Below are positions 44,871 through 54,024 of a DNA stretch of 58,494 nt, piece after piece; positions within the stretch are counted from its first letter, which is position 1, and the number at the start of each line of letters is the position of its first letter. The notes beneath the pieces were generated by a model, which was given only the letters and a program-made list of their open reading frames with translations, ran no database searches and was not told the DNA's origin. The stretch is from a virus (taxonomy: Duplodnaviria; Caudoviricetes), in IMG/VR virus record IMGVR_UViG_3300040664_000002, positions 1 through 58,494 of that record. One strand, written 5' to 3'. The position numbers and the translations under genes were made by a program.

Positions 44871-46198
44871 GCCGCCGTAAGCGGAAGTGGCGCTCGGCTA
44901 CCGAGGCCGAGCTCGCCGCGGTTCATCCGCAGCCCGAGCCGGACCGCAGTACTCCCGAGGCATGGCACGCGGTATGGGCGGATCAGGCGGTGCGGCGATG
45001 AGCACCGACTGGAACGTTTTCTGTCTCGACCGTGGAGATACGCACTACTTCGGTGACGCCAACCACCAGGAGGATGTGATGGTCTTGCTGTGCAAGCACG
45101 CCACGGCGATCGGTGCACTCGCTCCGCTGCTCGACAGCGTCGACTTCGGCCTCGAATTCACGACGCCATGGGGACGCATAGACGCAAGCTGGTTCGCCAG
45201 GCATGCGACACATCGGCTGGCTCCGATCTCCGAGTACGGGGACATCCTTGACTCGTGCCAGGAGCGCATCAGTTGCGAGTGCGGATCGAACAATCGCAGG
45301 TGTGCGCTTGACCCAGGTCATGCTGGCGAGCATCAGGCGGTGCGGAGATGAGGCAGATCGACGTGTTCGTGGTGCTGGTCGATACGAGTTACCCGTACGA
45401 TCCGGGACCTCCGAAGATCGGAGGCGTGTTCACGGTGGAGTCTGAGGCCAACACCATCGCAGAACGCATCAGCTCGCTGAAAGGCGACGGTGACAGTGCA
45501 ACCGTGCACAGGTTCACCATCAGCATCGAGGATGCCCCATGACCAGCGCTGAACGCTTCCTCGCCCTGCGTGCTCGTCGTCCTGGTCCGCCGAAGGGCGT
45601 GCCGTGGCGTGCACGGCCGGTCCGCAAGGACATGCGCAAGATGATCTTGTTGGTCGCCGCGGACGTGGGCCAGTTCACGTTCGGGATGTTCGAGTGCGGC
45701 CACATGGTCATGCTGAGGAATCTGCGGTGAGCGACGAGTACGAGATTAGGCTCACGTCATACGCTACCGTGTGCCCAGTGTGCTTCCAGTTGTCGTCGCT
45801 GCTGAAAGCAGATCGACAGGTCGGACTCATCCGTGATGGCTGGATGCATGCGACGATCGCCGGCACAGAGATCCCGCTGTGTGAGGTGGTCGAGTGACGT
45901 ATCCGTTCTATATTAGCTGCGAGCCAAAACGACGGGCGCACGTGCATCGATGGTCTGGGCTGCGCACGTATCACGCAGTAAACGTAGCAGCACTTAGCCG
46001 TGAGCTAAACCCGCGACCGCGACCTGGCGGCCTCCTGAGCCGTATACTCTATGCAGCGGCGGTGATGCGATGAACTGCGCCGGCTGCGGACAGCCATCCG
46101 TGGTCCTGCTCGTCGTCGTCACCCGACGCGGCGAGTCGTCGCTCTGCCCGCGGTGCTGGCTGCCACCGCCAACCCTGACAGCTAAGAGGAAGAAATGA
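44867..46198 (+). other. Chain of seven small coupled hypothetical ORFs (44867-45001, 44998-45351, 45348-45542, 45539-45730, 45727-45897, 45894-46073, 46070-46198)
   Basis: Each start overlaps the previous stop as ATGA/GTGA; several carry CxxC. Confidence 0.55.
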
Positions 46199-46482
46199 GC
46201 GAATACACCGACGAGGAACGCGAGCAGGCCTACATCATTCTGCAGTGCTGCGCGGACCACTATGCACGCGGTCGTTTGCTCTTCTACTTGGCTGCAGGAA
46301 CCGCAGGTGATGCCGGCGACGGCCTAGAGTTCAGTGAACGTTCTGTATGGCTCGCGCGATTTGCTCACTCGGAGATCCTTGGGGATCGGGACGTATGGGG
46401 GAACCTTGGACCAGATCGCCACAACGGCTCCGAGTGCTATGCCGAGGCATCCTCGCTGATCGCGACGGGCTGGGATCCATGA
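46195..46482 (+). CDS. Hypothetical protein (family copy 3)
   Basis: REQAYIIL..YAEASSLIATGWDP. Confidence 0.6.
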   Translation: MSEYTDEEREQAYIILQCCADHYARGRLLFYLAAGTAGDAGDGLEFSERSVWLARFAHSEILGDRDVWGNLGPDRHNGSECYAEASSLIATGWDP

Positions 46483-46709
46483 GCAGCTATATCGATGACT
46501 GGAAGTCGTGGCCATGCTCGGAGTGTGGTTCTCCTCCAGGTGTTCCATGCGAGCATGATGAACCGATGCCTGATCCTGATAGGTGCAACTCCATCAGCAT
46601 CACGAAGCTGCGCTCTATCAGGGCGATCATCGCCAAATGGGGTCCTGGGCACGTCGACAAACTGCAAGCGATCGACCACGCGATCGAGGCACTGCTCACC
46701 GCACGATGA
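46479..46709 (+). CDS. Small Zn-finger protein
   Basis: CSECGSPPGVPC. Confidence 0.55.
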   Translation: MSSYIDDWKSWPCSECGSPPGVPCEHDEPMPDPDRCNSISITKLRSIRAIIAKWGPGHVDKLQAIDHAIEALLTAR

Positions 46710-48007
46710 GCGTCCTCCGCCCCTATCAGCTGCGGGCAATCGCGGCGCTGCGAGCATCATACGCCAGCGGACACCGCGCGCCGATGCTCGTGGCTCCAAC
46801 GGGGGCGGGTAAGACGCTGATCGCCGCGGAGATCATCCGCAGCGCTGCGGCTCGCGGCAACCGCACGCTGTTCGTCGCACCCCGCCGCGAACTGATCCGC
46901 CAGACCGCGGCCAAACTCTCCGATGCTGGCGTCGCTGATCCGCGCATCATCGTGGCAGCGGATGACCTCGGTTCGCGCGATGCGACGGTCACCATCGGCA
47001 GCATACAGACGCTCACGCTCGAGCGCTGGCGCAGCGTGCTGCCACCGGCCGATCTGCTGATCTGCGACGAGGCGCATCATATGGCCGCTGATGGCTGGTC
47101 CGCGCTGGCCCGCGCCTACCCGCACGCTCGCATCCTTGGGCTCACCGCCACGCCAGAGCGCGCCGACGGCCGGCCGATGGGCGACATCTTCGACGACATC
47201 GTGGTGGCTGCCACCGTGCGCGAACTGACGGACCTCGGCCACCTCGCTCCGGCTCGGTTCTGGGCTCCGCCGTCCCTGCTCGAGTCCGGCGAGCTCGCCA
47301 TGGATCCGCTGGCTGCGTATCGCCAGCACGGCGCGGGTCAATCCACGGTCATCTTCTGCGCCACCGTCGACCACGCCGAGCGGATCTGCGCGTCCATCGG
47401 TGACGGCGCTGCCACGGTCAGCGGGCGTACCTCGGAAACGGCTCGAGACTCCGCGCTCGCCAGGTTCGCGGTTGGCGAACTGCGCGTGCTGTGCTCGGTC
47501 GGTGTGCTCACCGAGGGATGGGACGCACCAATCGCCTCCGTTGCCATCCTCGCGCGGCGATTCGGCCATGCTGGCCTGTTCCTGCAGGTCGTGGGGCGCG
47601 TGCTGCGCCCGCATCCGGACAAGATCCAGGCGACCATCATCGACCTCTGCGGCAGCGTTCATGAGCACGGCACGCCGGACATGGAGCGCGAGTACTCCCT
47701 CATCGGGAAGGCCATCGTCCGCAAGGACAGCATCACGCAGTGCAAGACCTGCGGATCCGTGTTCCTCGCTGGACCTGCAACATGCCCATACTGCGGTGTC
47801 GCTCGTCCGCTTGCGCCGGCATCCATCCCGCAGGACACCGGAGTCGGCGTCGCGCCGCTCGAGCCGCCCAAGCCTAAGCGTGAGTTCTTCGTTCGGATGG
47901 TCAGCAAACGCCACGGCCAGTGCGCGGCGTGCAAGCGCGCCATCGCACCAGGCGATGCCATCCTGTGGGCAACGCTGGCGAAAACGGCGACGCACACAAT
48001 GTGTTGA
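46706..48007 (+). CDS. Superfamily 2 (DEAH) helicase with C-terminal Zn ribbons
   Basis: LRPYQ, APTGAGKT, DEAHH, GLTATP, LTEGWD, QVVGRVLR, CKTC..CPYC. Confidence 0.92.
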   Translation: MSVLRPYQLRAIAALRASYASGHRAPMLVAPTGAGKTLIAAEIIRSAAARGNRTLFVAPRRELIRQTAAKLSDAGVADPRIIVAADDLGSRDATVTIGSIQTLTLERWRSVLPPADLLICDEAHHMAADGWSALARAYPHARILGLTATPERADGRPMGDIFDDIVVAATVRELTDLGHLAPARFWAPPSLLESGELAMDPLAAYRQHGAGQSTVIFCATVDHAERICASIGDGAATVSGRTSETARDSALARFAVGELRVLCSVGVLTEGWDAPIASVAILARRFGHAGLFLQVVGRVLRPHPDKIQATIIDLCGSVHEHGTPDMEREYSLIGKAIVRKDSITQCKTCGSVFLAGPATCPYCGVARPLAPASIPQDTGVGVAPLEPPKPKREFFVRMVSKRHGQCAACKRAIAPGDAILWATLAKTATHTMC

Positions 48008-48032
48008 CACGTAACGTGCCGATGCGTATACA
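48004..48032 (+). promoter_or_regulatory. sigma70-like leaderless promoter
   Basis: TTGACA-17-TATACA-6-ATG 48039. Confidence 0.7.
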
Positions 48033-48038
48033 TGAGGC

Positions 48039-48494
48039 ATGACGAACTGCAACATCCTCATCAATGGCGAGACCGATGACCGGGGCACGAACTGCAGCGT
48101 GGGCGACGATGGCCTCGTCCGCGACGCTGACGGTAACGACCTGAGCGACCTTCTCTCGTCGCGGGCCACGGTCATCCTCCAGTTCGAGGCGATCAGCGAC
48201 GATCTGGCGGACCTTCTGGAGAAGGCGGGCTGGACGATCGAGTGCATCGGTATCCCCTGCGATGTGGTCGTCGGTGGGTTCCCGGCCCTGGGCATCCCGG
48301 GGGCTATTACCAAGGGGCGTGCGTTCGATCAGTTGGTCGGCGTGGTCAACGCTCAGAACGAGAACCTGTGGAGCCTGAACTGCGCCAAGCTTCCCGTCGA
48401 ACTCGTCCTCCGCCCCACGAACGGCTGGACCGACGCCATCACGACAGTTGCCACGGAGCTTTCGGCGGCAGGTTGGCACGTGACTGTGAAATAG
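48039..48494 (+). CDS. Hypothetical protein
   Basis: 151 aa after promoter. Confidence 0.65.
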   Translation: MTNCNILINGETDDRGTNCSVGDDGLVRDADGNDLSDLLSSRATVILQFEAISDDLADLLEKAGWTIECIGIPCDVVVGGFPALGIPGAITKGRAFDQLVGVVNAQNENLWSLNCAKLPVELVLRPTNGWTDAITTVATELSAAGWHVTVK

Positions 48495-48509
48495 CTACGC
48501 TGCGGGTCC

Positions 48510-49049
48510 ATGAAGAAAGTCATCCTCGCCCTCCTGTTCTCCGCATGCGCTGTCCCGGCTCCATCGACCAACATCGATGACCTGGACGGCCAGACGGACA
48601 CGAAGTCCTGCGACACCAACTGCACCAACGACTCGGACTGTCATCCGACGTGTGGCTCGCAGTACCACTGCGACATCGGCGTGGGATGGCATGGCTCGTG
48701 CGTCGCCACGCGCACTCCGGTGTCGGGGCCGCTGGATCCGATCCCTCAGGCCTGCGGCATCGAGTGCTCGCTGCAAGGCGACTGCGCCGTCCCCGCGTGC
48801 AACTACTGCGCGAAGCAGAACCCGTGGACCAAGGGCAACTGCATCAGCGGCGTCGCGCTGTCCCCGGAGGAGCGCGCCGCGTATGACGCAGAGCGCGAGG
48901 AGGAAGCCAGGACCGACACCCAGTCGTGCCCGGTGAACTGTACGTCCAGCACGACGTGCGCGGTGGAGTGCGGTCCGTTCTACGTGTGTAAGGTCGGCCG
49001 CTCCGGTGATGGCGGATCGTGCACGCGCTCGAGTCCGCCGGCTCGGTAG
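48510..49049 (+). CDS. Cys-rich lipoprotein with three disulfide modules
   Basis: MKKVILALLFSA|C lipobox; three six-Cys units; TTGGCA-17-TACGCT at 48473-48501. Confidence 0.75.
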   Translation: MKKVILALLFSACAVPAPSTNIDDLDGQTDTKSCDTNCTNDSDCHPTCGSQYHCDIGVGWHGSCVATRTPVSGPLDPIPQACGIECSLQGDCAVPACNYCAKQNPWTKGNCISGVALSPEERAAYDAEREEEARTDTQSCPVNCTSSTTCAVECGPFYVCKVGRSGDGGSCTRSSPPAR

Positions 49050-49088
49050 CGCTGGTGGCGCGACGTGCGCCTGTGGTACGTCTGTCGG

Positions 49089-49226
49089 ATGCATCCAAAA
49101 CGTGAGCGTCTGACGGTGTGGTTGGATGGCGACGTGCTGGCCGAGTGCCGACGCATCGCTAGGGATGAGCGGATCGCGGTGGCGATCGTAATCCGCCAGC
49201 GGCTACGGCAGGCGGTGGCCGCGTGA
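49089..49226 (+). CDS. Ribbon-helix-helix (CopG-like) protein, 45 aa
   Basis: Hand translation RERLTVWLDGDVLAECRRIARDERIAVAIVIRQRL; TGG-TACGTC-6-ATG upstream. Confidence 0.6.
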   Translation: MHPKRERLTVWLDGDVLAECRRIARDERIAVAIVIRQRLRQAVAA

Positions 49227-49549
49227 TCAAGCTGAGCGAGCTGGTCGCGGCGCGGGCGGCGATGACGGCCGGACCGTTCACCTACTTCGAGCGCGATGGG
49301 CGGATCGAGGCCCCTGGCGTCAACGAGTTCCTGACCAGAACCGTATGCGAGATGTACATCGCAAACCACGACGCCAACGCACACGGCATCGTCGCGACGC
49401 ACAACGCGGCGGACGTGCTGATCGAGATCGCGCTGGCGGCCCTGGAGTTTGACACTGCGATGCGTGCGCCAGGCACACGTGGCATCAGTGCACGTCGAGG
49501 CGATGCTGCGATGCGCCTACATGCCGCGCTCGCGAAGGTGCAGCCGTGA
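49223..49549 (+). CDS. Hypothetical phage protein
   Basis: MTAGPF..DANAHGIVATHN resembles the TPGPW..ANA.LIAAAP phage motif. Confidence 0.6.
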   Translation: MIKLSELVAARAAMTAGPFTYFERDGRIEAPGVNEFLTRTVCEMYIANHDANAHGIVATHNAADVLIEIALAALEFDTAMRAPGTRGISARRGDAAMRLHAALAKVQP

Positions 49550-50053
49550 GACGAGACCCGGACGCTTGGCTTCGGAATCGTCAGCCGACCGCTGAACTGT
49601 GCCGGTTGTTCCACGGCATCGACTGCAAGCTGTGTGGGTTCGTCGCCGCGCTCGCGAGGGTGACGCCATGAGCAGGCCGGGTCATGAACATGGGTGTGAC
49701 TGCTACGACTGCCTCGAGTGGCGAGATGCGTGTACTCGACACCGTGGAACCTGGACTCCAGAGCGTGACTACCACCGCCGCCTGCGCATACAGGATCGCC
49801 GCGCTGGACGGTTGACTCCGGCGGTGAAGCAGTGAGTCAGCCCGATTGTGAGCATGGGTGTCGCTGCGAGGAGTGCGTCAGCTGGCGCTCTGGCTGTGCT
49901 TATTACACCGCGTTCTTCCGTGCGGATCGGAGTCCAATCCGGCCAGCGCAGCGCAGAGAGCGGAACCGATTGCGGCACCAATGGCGCCGATTGCGAACCC
50001 AGACCCGCATGCGAGGCGAACTCCTCTCAGCCCAGACCCGGAGGACGCCATGA
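49546..50053 (+). other. Three coupled small HG-C-CxxC ORFs (49546-49671, 49668-49835, 49832-50053)
   Basis: HGIDCKLC, EHGCDCYDCLEWR, EHGCRCEECVSWR. Confidence 0.55.
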
Positions 50054-50436
50054 CCTGCCGATGCTCTCGCTCCGAACGTCGGTGGACCGACGACGGGCAG
50101 TGCGCCGCCTGTCAGGGCACCATCACCGAGGCCCAACTCACCCCCGTGCTCCTCCAGCTTCTGTGTGGTGGTACCGGGCTCGTGCTGTGGCGGAACACCA
50201 CCGGGTACGACGACGAACGCAAAATCCGCTACGGCGTCGGCGGTCCTGGCGGCGGTGACTTCATCGGGCTCCATCGCGGTCGCTACATCGAGGTCGAGCT
50301 CAAAACGGCCCGCGGCATTCAACGCCCCGAACAGCGCGAGCGTCAGGCGCTGATCGAACGCCTCGGCGGCATCTACGCCCTCATCCGCTGCGAGCGCGAC
50401 GCTCGCGCACTGCTTGAACGGTTATCCAACGCATGA
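50050..50436 (+). CDS. VRR-NUC domain nuclease
   Basis: LWRNTTG..RYGVGGPGGGDFIG..EVELK..G.QRPEQ..GGIY. Confidence 0.85.
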   Translation: MTCRCSRSERRWTDDGQCAACQGTITEAQLTPVLLQLLCGGTGLVLWRNTTGYDDERKIRYGVGGPGGGDFIGLHRGRYIEVELKTARGIQRPEQRERQALIERLGGIYALIRCERDARALLERLSNA

Positions 50437-52265
50437 CCTCCACTCTCCAGCTCGTCGATTCGCGCCTCGAGCGCATGCTCGTCGTCGCTGTCATCAGGAA
50501 TCCTGACACCCTATCATCCATCGACAGCCTGTCTGCCATCGACTTCGGCGATCCCAACGCACGCTGGGTGTTCTCCGCCATCCGCAACCTCGTCGAGGCC
50601 GGTACCACGGTCTCCGCCGACAGCATACGCATCGCGCTCGTCGACGAAATCCTCGAACGCGATCCGGACCACACGGTCATCGACCATCCCCAGGTCGGCG
50701 ACCTCGCCTGGTTCGAGCGCATGATCAGCGAGCCCGCTCACGACGGCGATCCGCCACTGCCCCAGTGGGCGAACCAGATCACCCAGCTCGCCGACGTCCG
50801 CCGCATCGCCATCGAGAGCGCCGAACCACCGCGCCCATCACGCCGAGCACCCACCGGCCCCCGGGCCGCCAACGACGAACCAGTGCGCCTCGCCGAATCC
50901 TTCATGGCGTTCCGCTACCAGCTCCACGGCGAGCCAACCCTCGTCCGCTGGGCGCGAGCGTGGTGGCGCTACGATGGCCATCGCTACGTCGAGCACGACG
51001 ATGAGGTGCTGGACCGGGAGATCATCGGCTTCCTGGACGTGGTGGTGGCCCCAGTCATCAGCCGCAAGGACGGCACGGTCTCGCTCCGCCGCGTCACCTC
51101 CAGAAACAAAACGGTCCGCGAGCTCGCCAAATCGCTCCACCACGTCATGCCTGCTCTCAGCGGGGCAGCGCCCCAGTGGTGCTCGGCGGAGGATGGCGAT
51201 CCACGTGACGGCGACGCCATCGCCGTCCGCAACGGCGTGCTCGACGTGGACCGGCTCACGCTGTCACCGCCGACCCCGCGATTCTTCTCCACCACCTGCA
51301 TCGGCTGCGAGTACGCCGCGGATGCTCCGCCACCCGCGCGATGGCTCGCGTTCCTGGGCGAGCTATGGGGCGAGGACAACGAGAGTATCCTGGCCCTGCA
51401 GCAGATGTTCGGTTACCTGCTTACCGCGGACACGTCCCAGCAGAAGCTCTTCGCCCTCATCGGCCCTCCTCGATCGGGCAAGGGCACCATCGCCCGCATC
51501 CTCAAGGCCCTGCTTGGTGACGAGGCCGTGGTTAACCCCACGCTGCAGTCGCTCGAGCAGCCGTTCGGCCTGGCCCCGCTGGTCGGGAAAACGGTGGCCA
51601 TCATCGGCGATGCTCGCCTCGGCGGCCGCTCCGATCAGGCTCAGGTCGCGGAGCGCCTGCTCAGCATCAGCGGCGAGGACGCGCTCTCCATCAACCGCAA
51701 GAACCGCGACGCCATCAACGTCCGCCTCCGCACTCGTGTCCTCCTGCTCTCCAACGAGCTGCCCCGCATCTACGACACCTCCGGCGCCCTGGCCTCGCGC
51801 TTCATCATCCTGTGCCTCACCAGGACGTTCCTGGGCAATGAGGACCTGGGTCTGGAGGCTGCTCTCCTCTCCGAGCTCCCTGGCATCCTCCAGTGGGCGC
51901 TGGAGGGTCGCGCTGACCTCGCAGAGGCGGGGCGGTTCACAGTGCCGGCTACGTCCCGGAGAGCGATGGAGGAGCTCGAGGCCATCTCCAATCCCATGGG
52001 CGAGTTCTTCGATGAGCACCTGGAGCTGGACCCTGATTCGTGGACCTCGTGCGCTGAAATCTACAGTCTGTATGTAGGGTGGTGTGAACGCAGCGGATGT
52101 AAGCCAGCATCCAGGTTTGTCATGGGCAGAGACATCCACACCATGCATCCGAAGCTGGCCACGGTGCGTCGATCGGCGAGTTTTATCGGGACCACATCGG
52201 GACCAGTATCGGGACCATCGGGCCGAGTGAAGGGCTATCAGGGAGTTCGGATTCGTCTCTCTTGA
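50433..52265 (+). CDS. DnaB N-terminal-like domain fused to P4/D5-type SF3 helicase
   Basis: ERMLVVAVIRNP..LSAIDFGDPNARWVFSAIRNL N-terminus; VRNGVLD, WLAFL, FGYLL, GPPRSGKGT, ISGED, LSNELP, RF. Confidence 0.85.
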   Translation: MTSTLQLVDSRLERMLVVAVIRNPDTLSSIDSLSAIDFGDPNARWVFSAIRNLVEAGTTVSADSIRIALVDEILERDPDHTVIDHPQVGDLAWFERMISEPAHDGDPPLPQWANQITQLADVRRIAIESAEPPRPSRRAPTGPRAANDEPVRLAESFMAFRYQLHGEPTLVRWARAWWRYDGHRYVEHDDEVLDREIIGFLDVVVAPVISRKDGTVSLRRVTSRNKTVRELAKSLHHVMPALSGAAPQWCSAEDGDPRDGDAIAVRNGVLDVDRLTLSPPTPRFFSTTCIGCEYAADAPPPARWLAFLGELWGEDNESILALQQMFGYLLTADTSQQKLFALIGPPRSGKGTIARILKALLGDEAVVNPTLQSLEQPFGLAPLVGKTVAIIGDARLGGRSDQAQVAERLLSISGEDALSINRKNRDAINVRLRTRVLLLSNELPRIYDTSGALASRFIILCLTRTFLGNEDLGLEAALLSELPGILQWALEGRADLAEAGRFTVPATSRRAMEELEAISNPMGEFFDEHLELDPDSWTSCAEIYSLYVGWCERSGCKPASRFVMGRDIHTMHPKLATVRRSASFIGTTSGPVSGPSGRVKGYQGVRIRLS

Positions 52266-52476
52266 AAAAAAACCTGTGAGATTCCGTCAAATGGTCCCGA
52301 TGCTGGTCCCGATATTGGTCCCGATAAATCATCGGGACCAGCTGAATGATTCCATACAGCTATACCCCAATTGGTCCCGATGGTCCCGATAAGTCTTCAA
52401 CTCAATGGGGGATCTGAGTTATATGATAAGTGAAAAGGTGGACCGAAGATGGGTTTTCGCGGGACCATCGGGACCA
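52185..52476. repeat. Iteron cluster, putative replication origin
   Basis: Ten perfect ATCGGGACCA copies: forward at 52185, 52196, 52208, 52331, 52467; reverse at 52292, 52304, 52316, 52372, 52381; AT-rich spacers. Confidence 0.85.
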
Positions 52477-52481
52477 GGGCA

Positions 52482-52661
52482 ATGAACGAACACTCTTCAC
52501 CTCTATGTGTGACAATGTACCCTGAACAACTACGTAAGCTGGATTCAGTAGTAGAAATCCTGATACCACATCACCCTACAGCCAGCCGCTCACTTGCGGT
52601 GCGTTTGGCGGTGACTCGGCTGGATCTCGACGCACTGCGCAAGGAGTTGACCGGTGAGTGA
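52482..52661 (+). CDS. Ribbon-helix-helix-like protein
   Basis: LCVTMYPEQLRKLD..SRSLAVRLAV. Confidence 0.55.
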   Translation: MNEHSSPLCVTMYPEQLRKLDSVVEILIPHHPTASRSLAVRLAVTRLDLDALRKELTGE

Positions 52662-52869
52662 GTCAATATTCGACCTCGATTACGAGGACTGGGTTCGAGG
52701 GGAAACGTTCGATGAGCACCCGCCGCGAGGGATGGTTCACGTCCGCATGCTTGAAGGCATGCTGGCGTATTGCATCTGCAAGTCGGACAGAGAATGGGAT
52801 CCGCGAATCTATCGGCAGTTCAAGCGGCAACAGCGTCAACGCCGTATCCAGCGCCGGGGGTGGGCATGA
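52654..52869 (+). CDS. Hypothetical protein
   Basis: Coupled chain. Confidence 0.5.
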   Translation: MSESIFDLDYEDWVRGETFDEHPPRGMVHVRMLEGMLAYCICKSDREWDPRIYRQFKRQQRQRRIQRRGWA

Positions 52870-53120
52870 GCGATCTCAGCTTCCAGCGCTGCGGCCACTG
52901 CGGGTTGCGGTGGACTGGCCGGTCGTTCGATGAGTGCCCGTCGGACAGCTGCGGCGCTGCGGTGGATGCGGTACGGCTCGAGCGCGACGGCGAGGTGCTC
53001 GCTGAACATCTGCAGCACCTGCTGGACCTGGTCGACCCGCACCAGTTCCTGAAACCTGCCCAGCAAACCAGGCTCATGGCGGCCAGGTTTGCGCTGGATG
53101 CCTATCGGAGGTCGCGGTGA
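52866..53120 (+). CDS. Small Zn-ribbon protein
   Basis: CGHCG..CPSDSCG. Confidence 0.55.
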   Translation: MSDLSFQRCGHCGLRWTGRSFDECPSDSCGAAVDAVRLERDGEVLAEHLQHLLDLVDPHQFLKPAQQTRLMAARFALDAYRRSR

Positions 53121-53734
53121 GCGATTGCGGCAGCGCGGCCGGCTATGACATCGCTGAAATGGTGCCTGGCGAGCCCGTGGCTGCGTTTTTGGCGTGGCCT
53201 GCTGTCTTCCACCGGGCATGGAGAAAAACGCGCGTACGCGTGGCCAGGGTGATTCGCAGGCTAAGCGGGTCTGGACATAGGACGGTGATGCGCAAACACA
53301 TGCTGCAGGCCGTCAAAGCTGGCCGCGCGGCAGCCGATACGGATGCGCCGACCGAGCAGCGACCGCTCACCCGCGCGGACTGCGAGGGGGCACCTCGGCC
53401 CTGCCCCTGGGTCAGTTGCCGGCATCACCTGTACCTGGATATCACCGAGTTCGGCGGCCTCAAGCACAACTACCCCGGCGAGCTCGAGAGCCTCACCGAG
53501 AGCTGCTCGCTTGACGTGGCCGATCGCGGCTCGCACCGGCTGCATCAGATCGGCACCATCCTGCGCATCACCCGCGAGCGGACGCGGCAGATTGAGCTGC
53601 GCGCTCGCGAGCGGCTCGCCGAGGGACTCTCTATCGCCATGCCGGGAATGACAGCGGACGACTTCACCGAGGTCACCGAGGCTGGCGGCGAGCCTGACAT
53701 GCCTCGAGCACGCAGAGCCGGTCCCGCGGACTAG
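53117..53734 (+). CDS. Cys/His Zn module plus sigma70 region-4 HTH regulator (start may be further downstream)
   Basis: RPLTRADC..PRPCPWVSCRHHLYLD..SCSLDVA..LHQIGTILRITRERTRQIE. Confidence 0.8.
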   Translation: MSDCGSAAGYDIAEMVPGEPVAAFLAWPAVFHRAWRKTRVRVARVIRRLSGSGHRTVMRKHMLQAVKAGRAAADTDAPTEQRPLTRADCEGAPRPCPWVSCRHHLYLDITEFGGLKHNYPGELESLTESCSLDVADRGSHRLHQIGTILRITRERTRQIELRARERLAEGLSIAMPGMTADDFTEVTEAGGEPDMPRARRAGPAD

Positions 53735-53772
53735 CTGTACGCTGGGGAGGGGGATGTAACGGGTTCAGTCGG

Positions 53773-54018
53773 TTACCGGGCTGCAATCATCGCGTTGATG
53801 ACCCGGGCCGCGCTGTCCAGGCACGTGCTGGTGTACGGATCGTCGCGGTTGTCATCGCGGAGCACGTCGCACGCGTCGATCAGCGCCACGCGGAGGTTCA
53901 GGTCCTCGATGGCCGGCTCGTAGCACATCAGGGCCACCTCGATGTCGCGCTCGGCGATGGTGTCGGCGGTGACCGTGGTCATGGTGGCGAGGATGCGGAG
54001 GGCTTCGCTGTTCATCAT
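53773..54018 (-). CDS. Hypothetical protein (VTADTI..AARVINA family)
   Basis: Starts 6 nt after a near-consensus -10. Confidence 0.65.
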   Translation of the reverse strand: MMNSEALRILATMTTVTADTIAERDIEVALMCYEPAIEDLNLRVALIDACDVLRDDNRDDPYTSTCLDSAARVINAMIAAR

Positions 54019-54024
54019 GACCAC

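Noticed and set aside
45894-46073. Apparent AT-richer intergenic gap, possible ncRNA or promoter (TATACT)
   Set aside because: It is an open 59-codon frame coupled by GTGA and ATGA to both neighbours.
52185-52476. Repeat cluster as CRISPR
   Set aside because: 10-bp units in both orientations with irregular short spacing; fits iterons. The Cas4-like gene is a common stand-alone phage nuclease.
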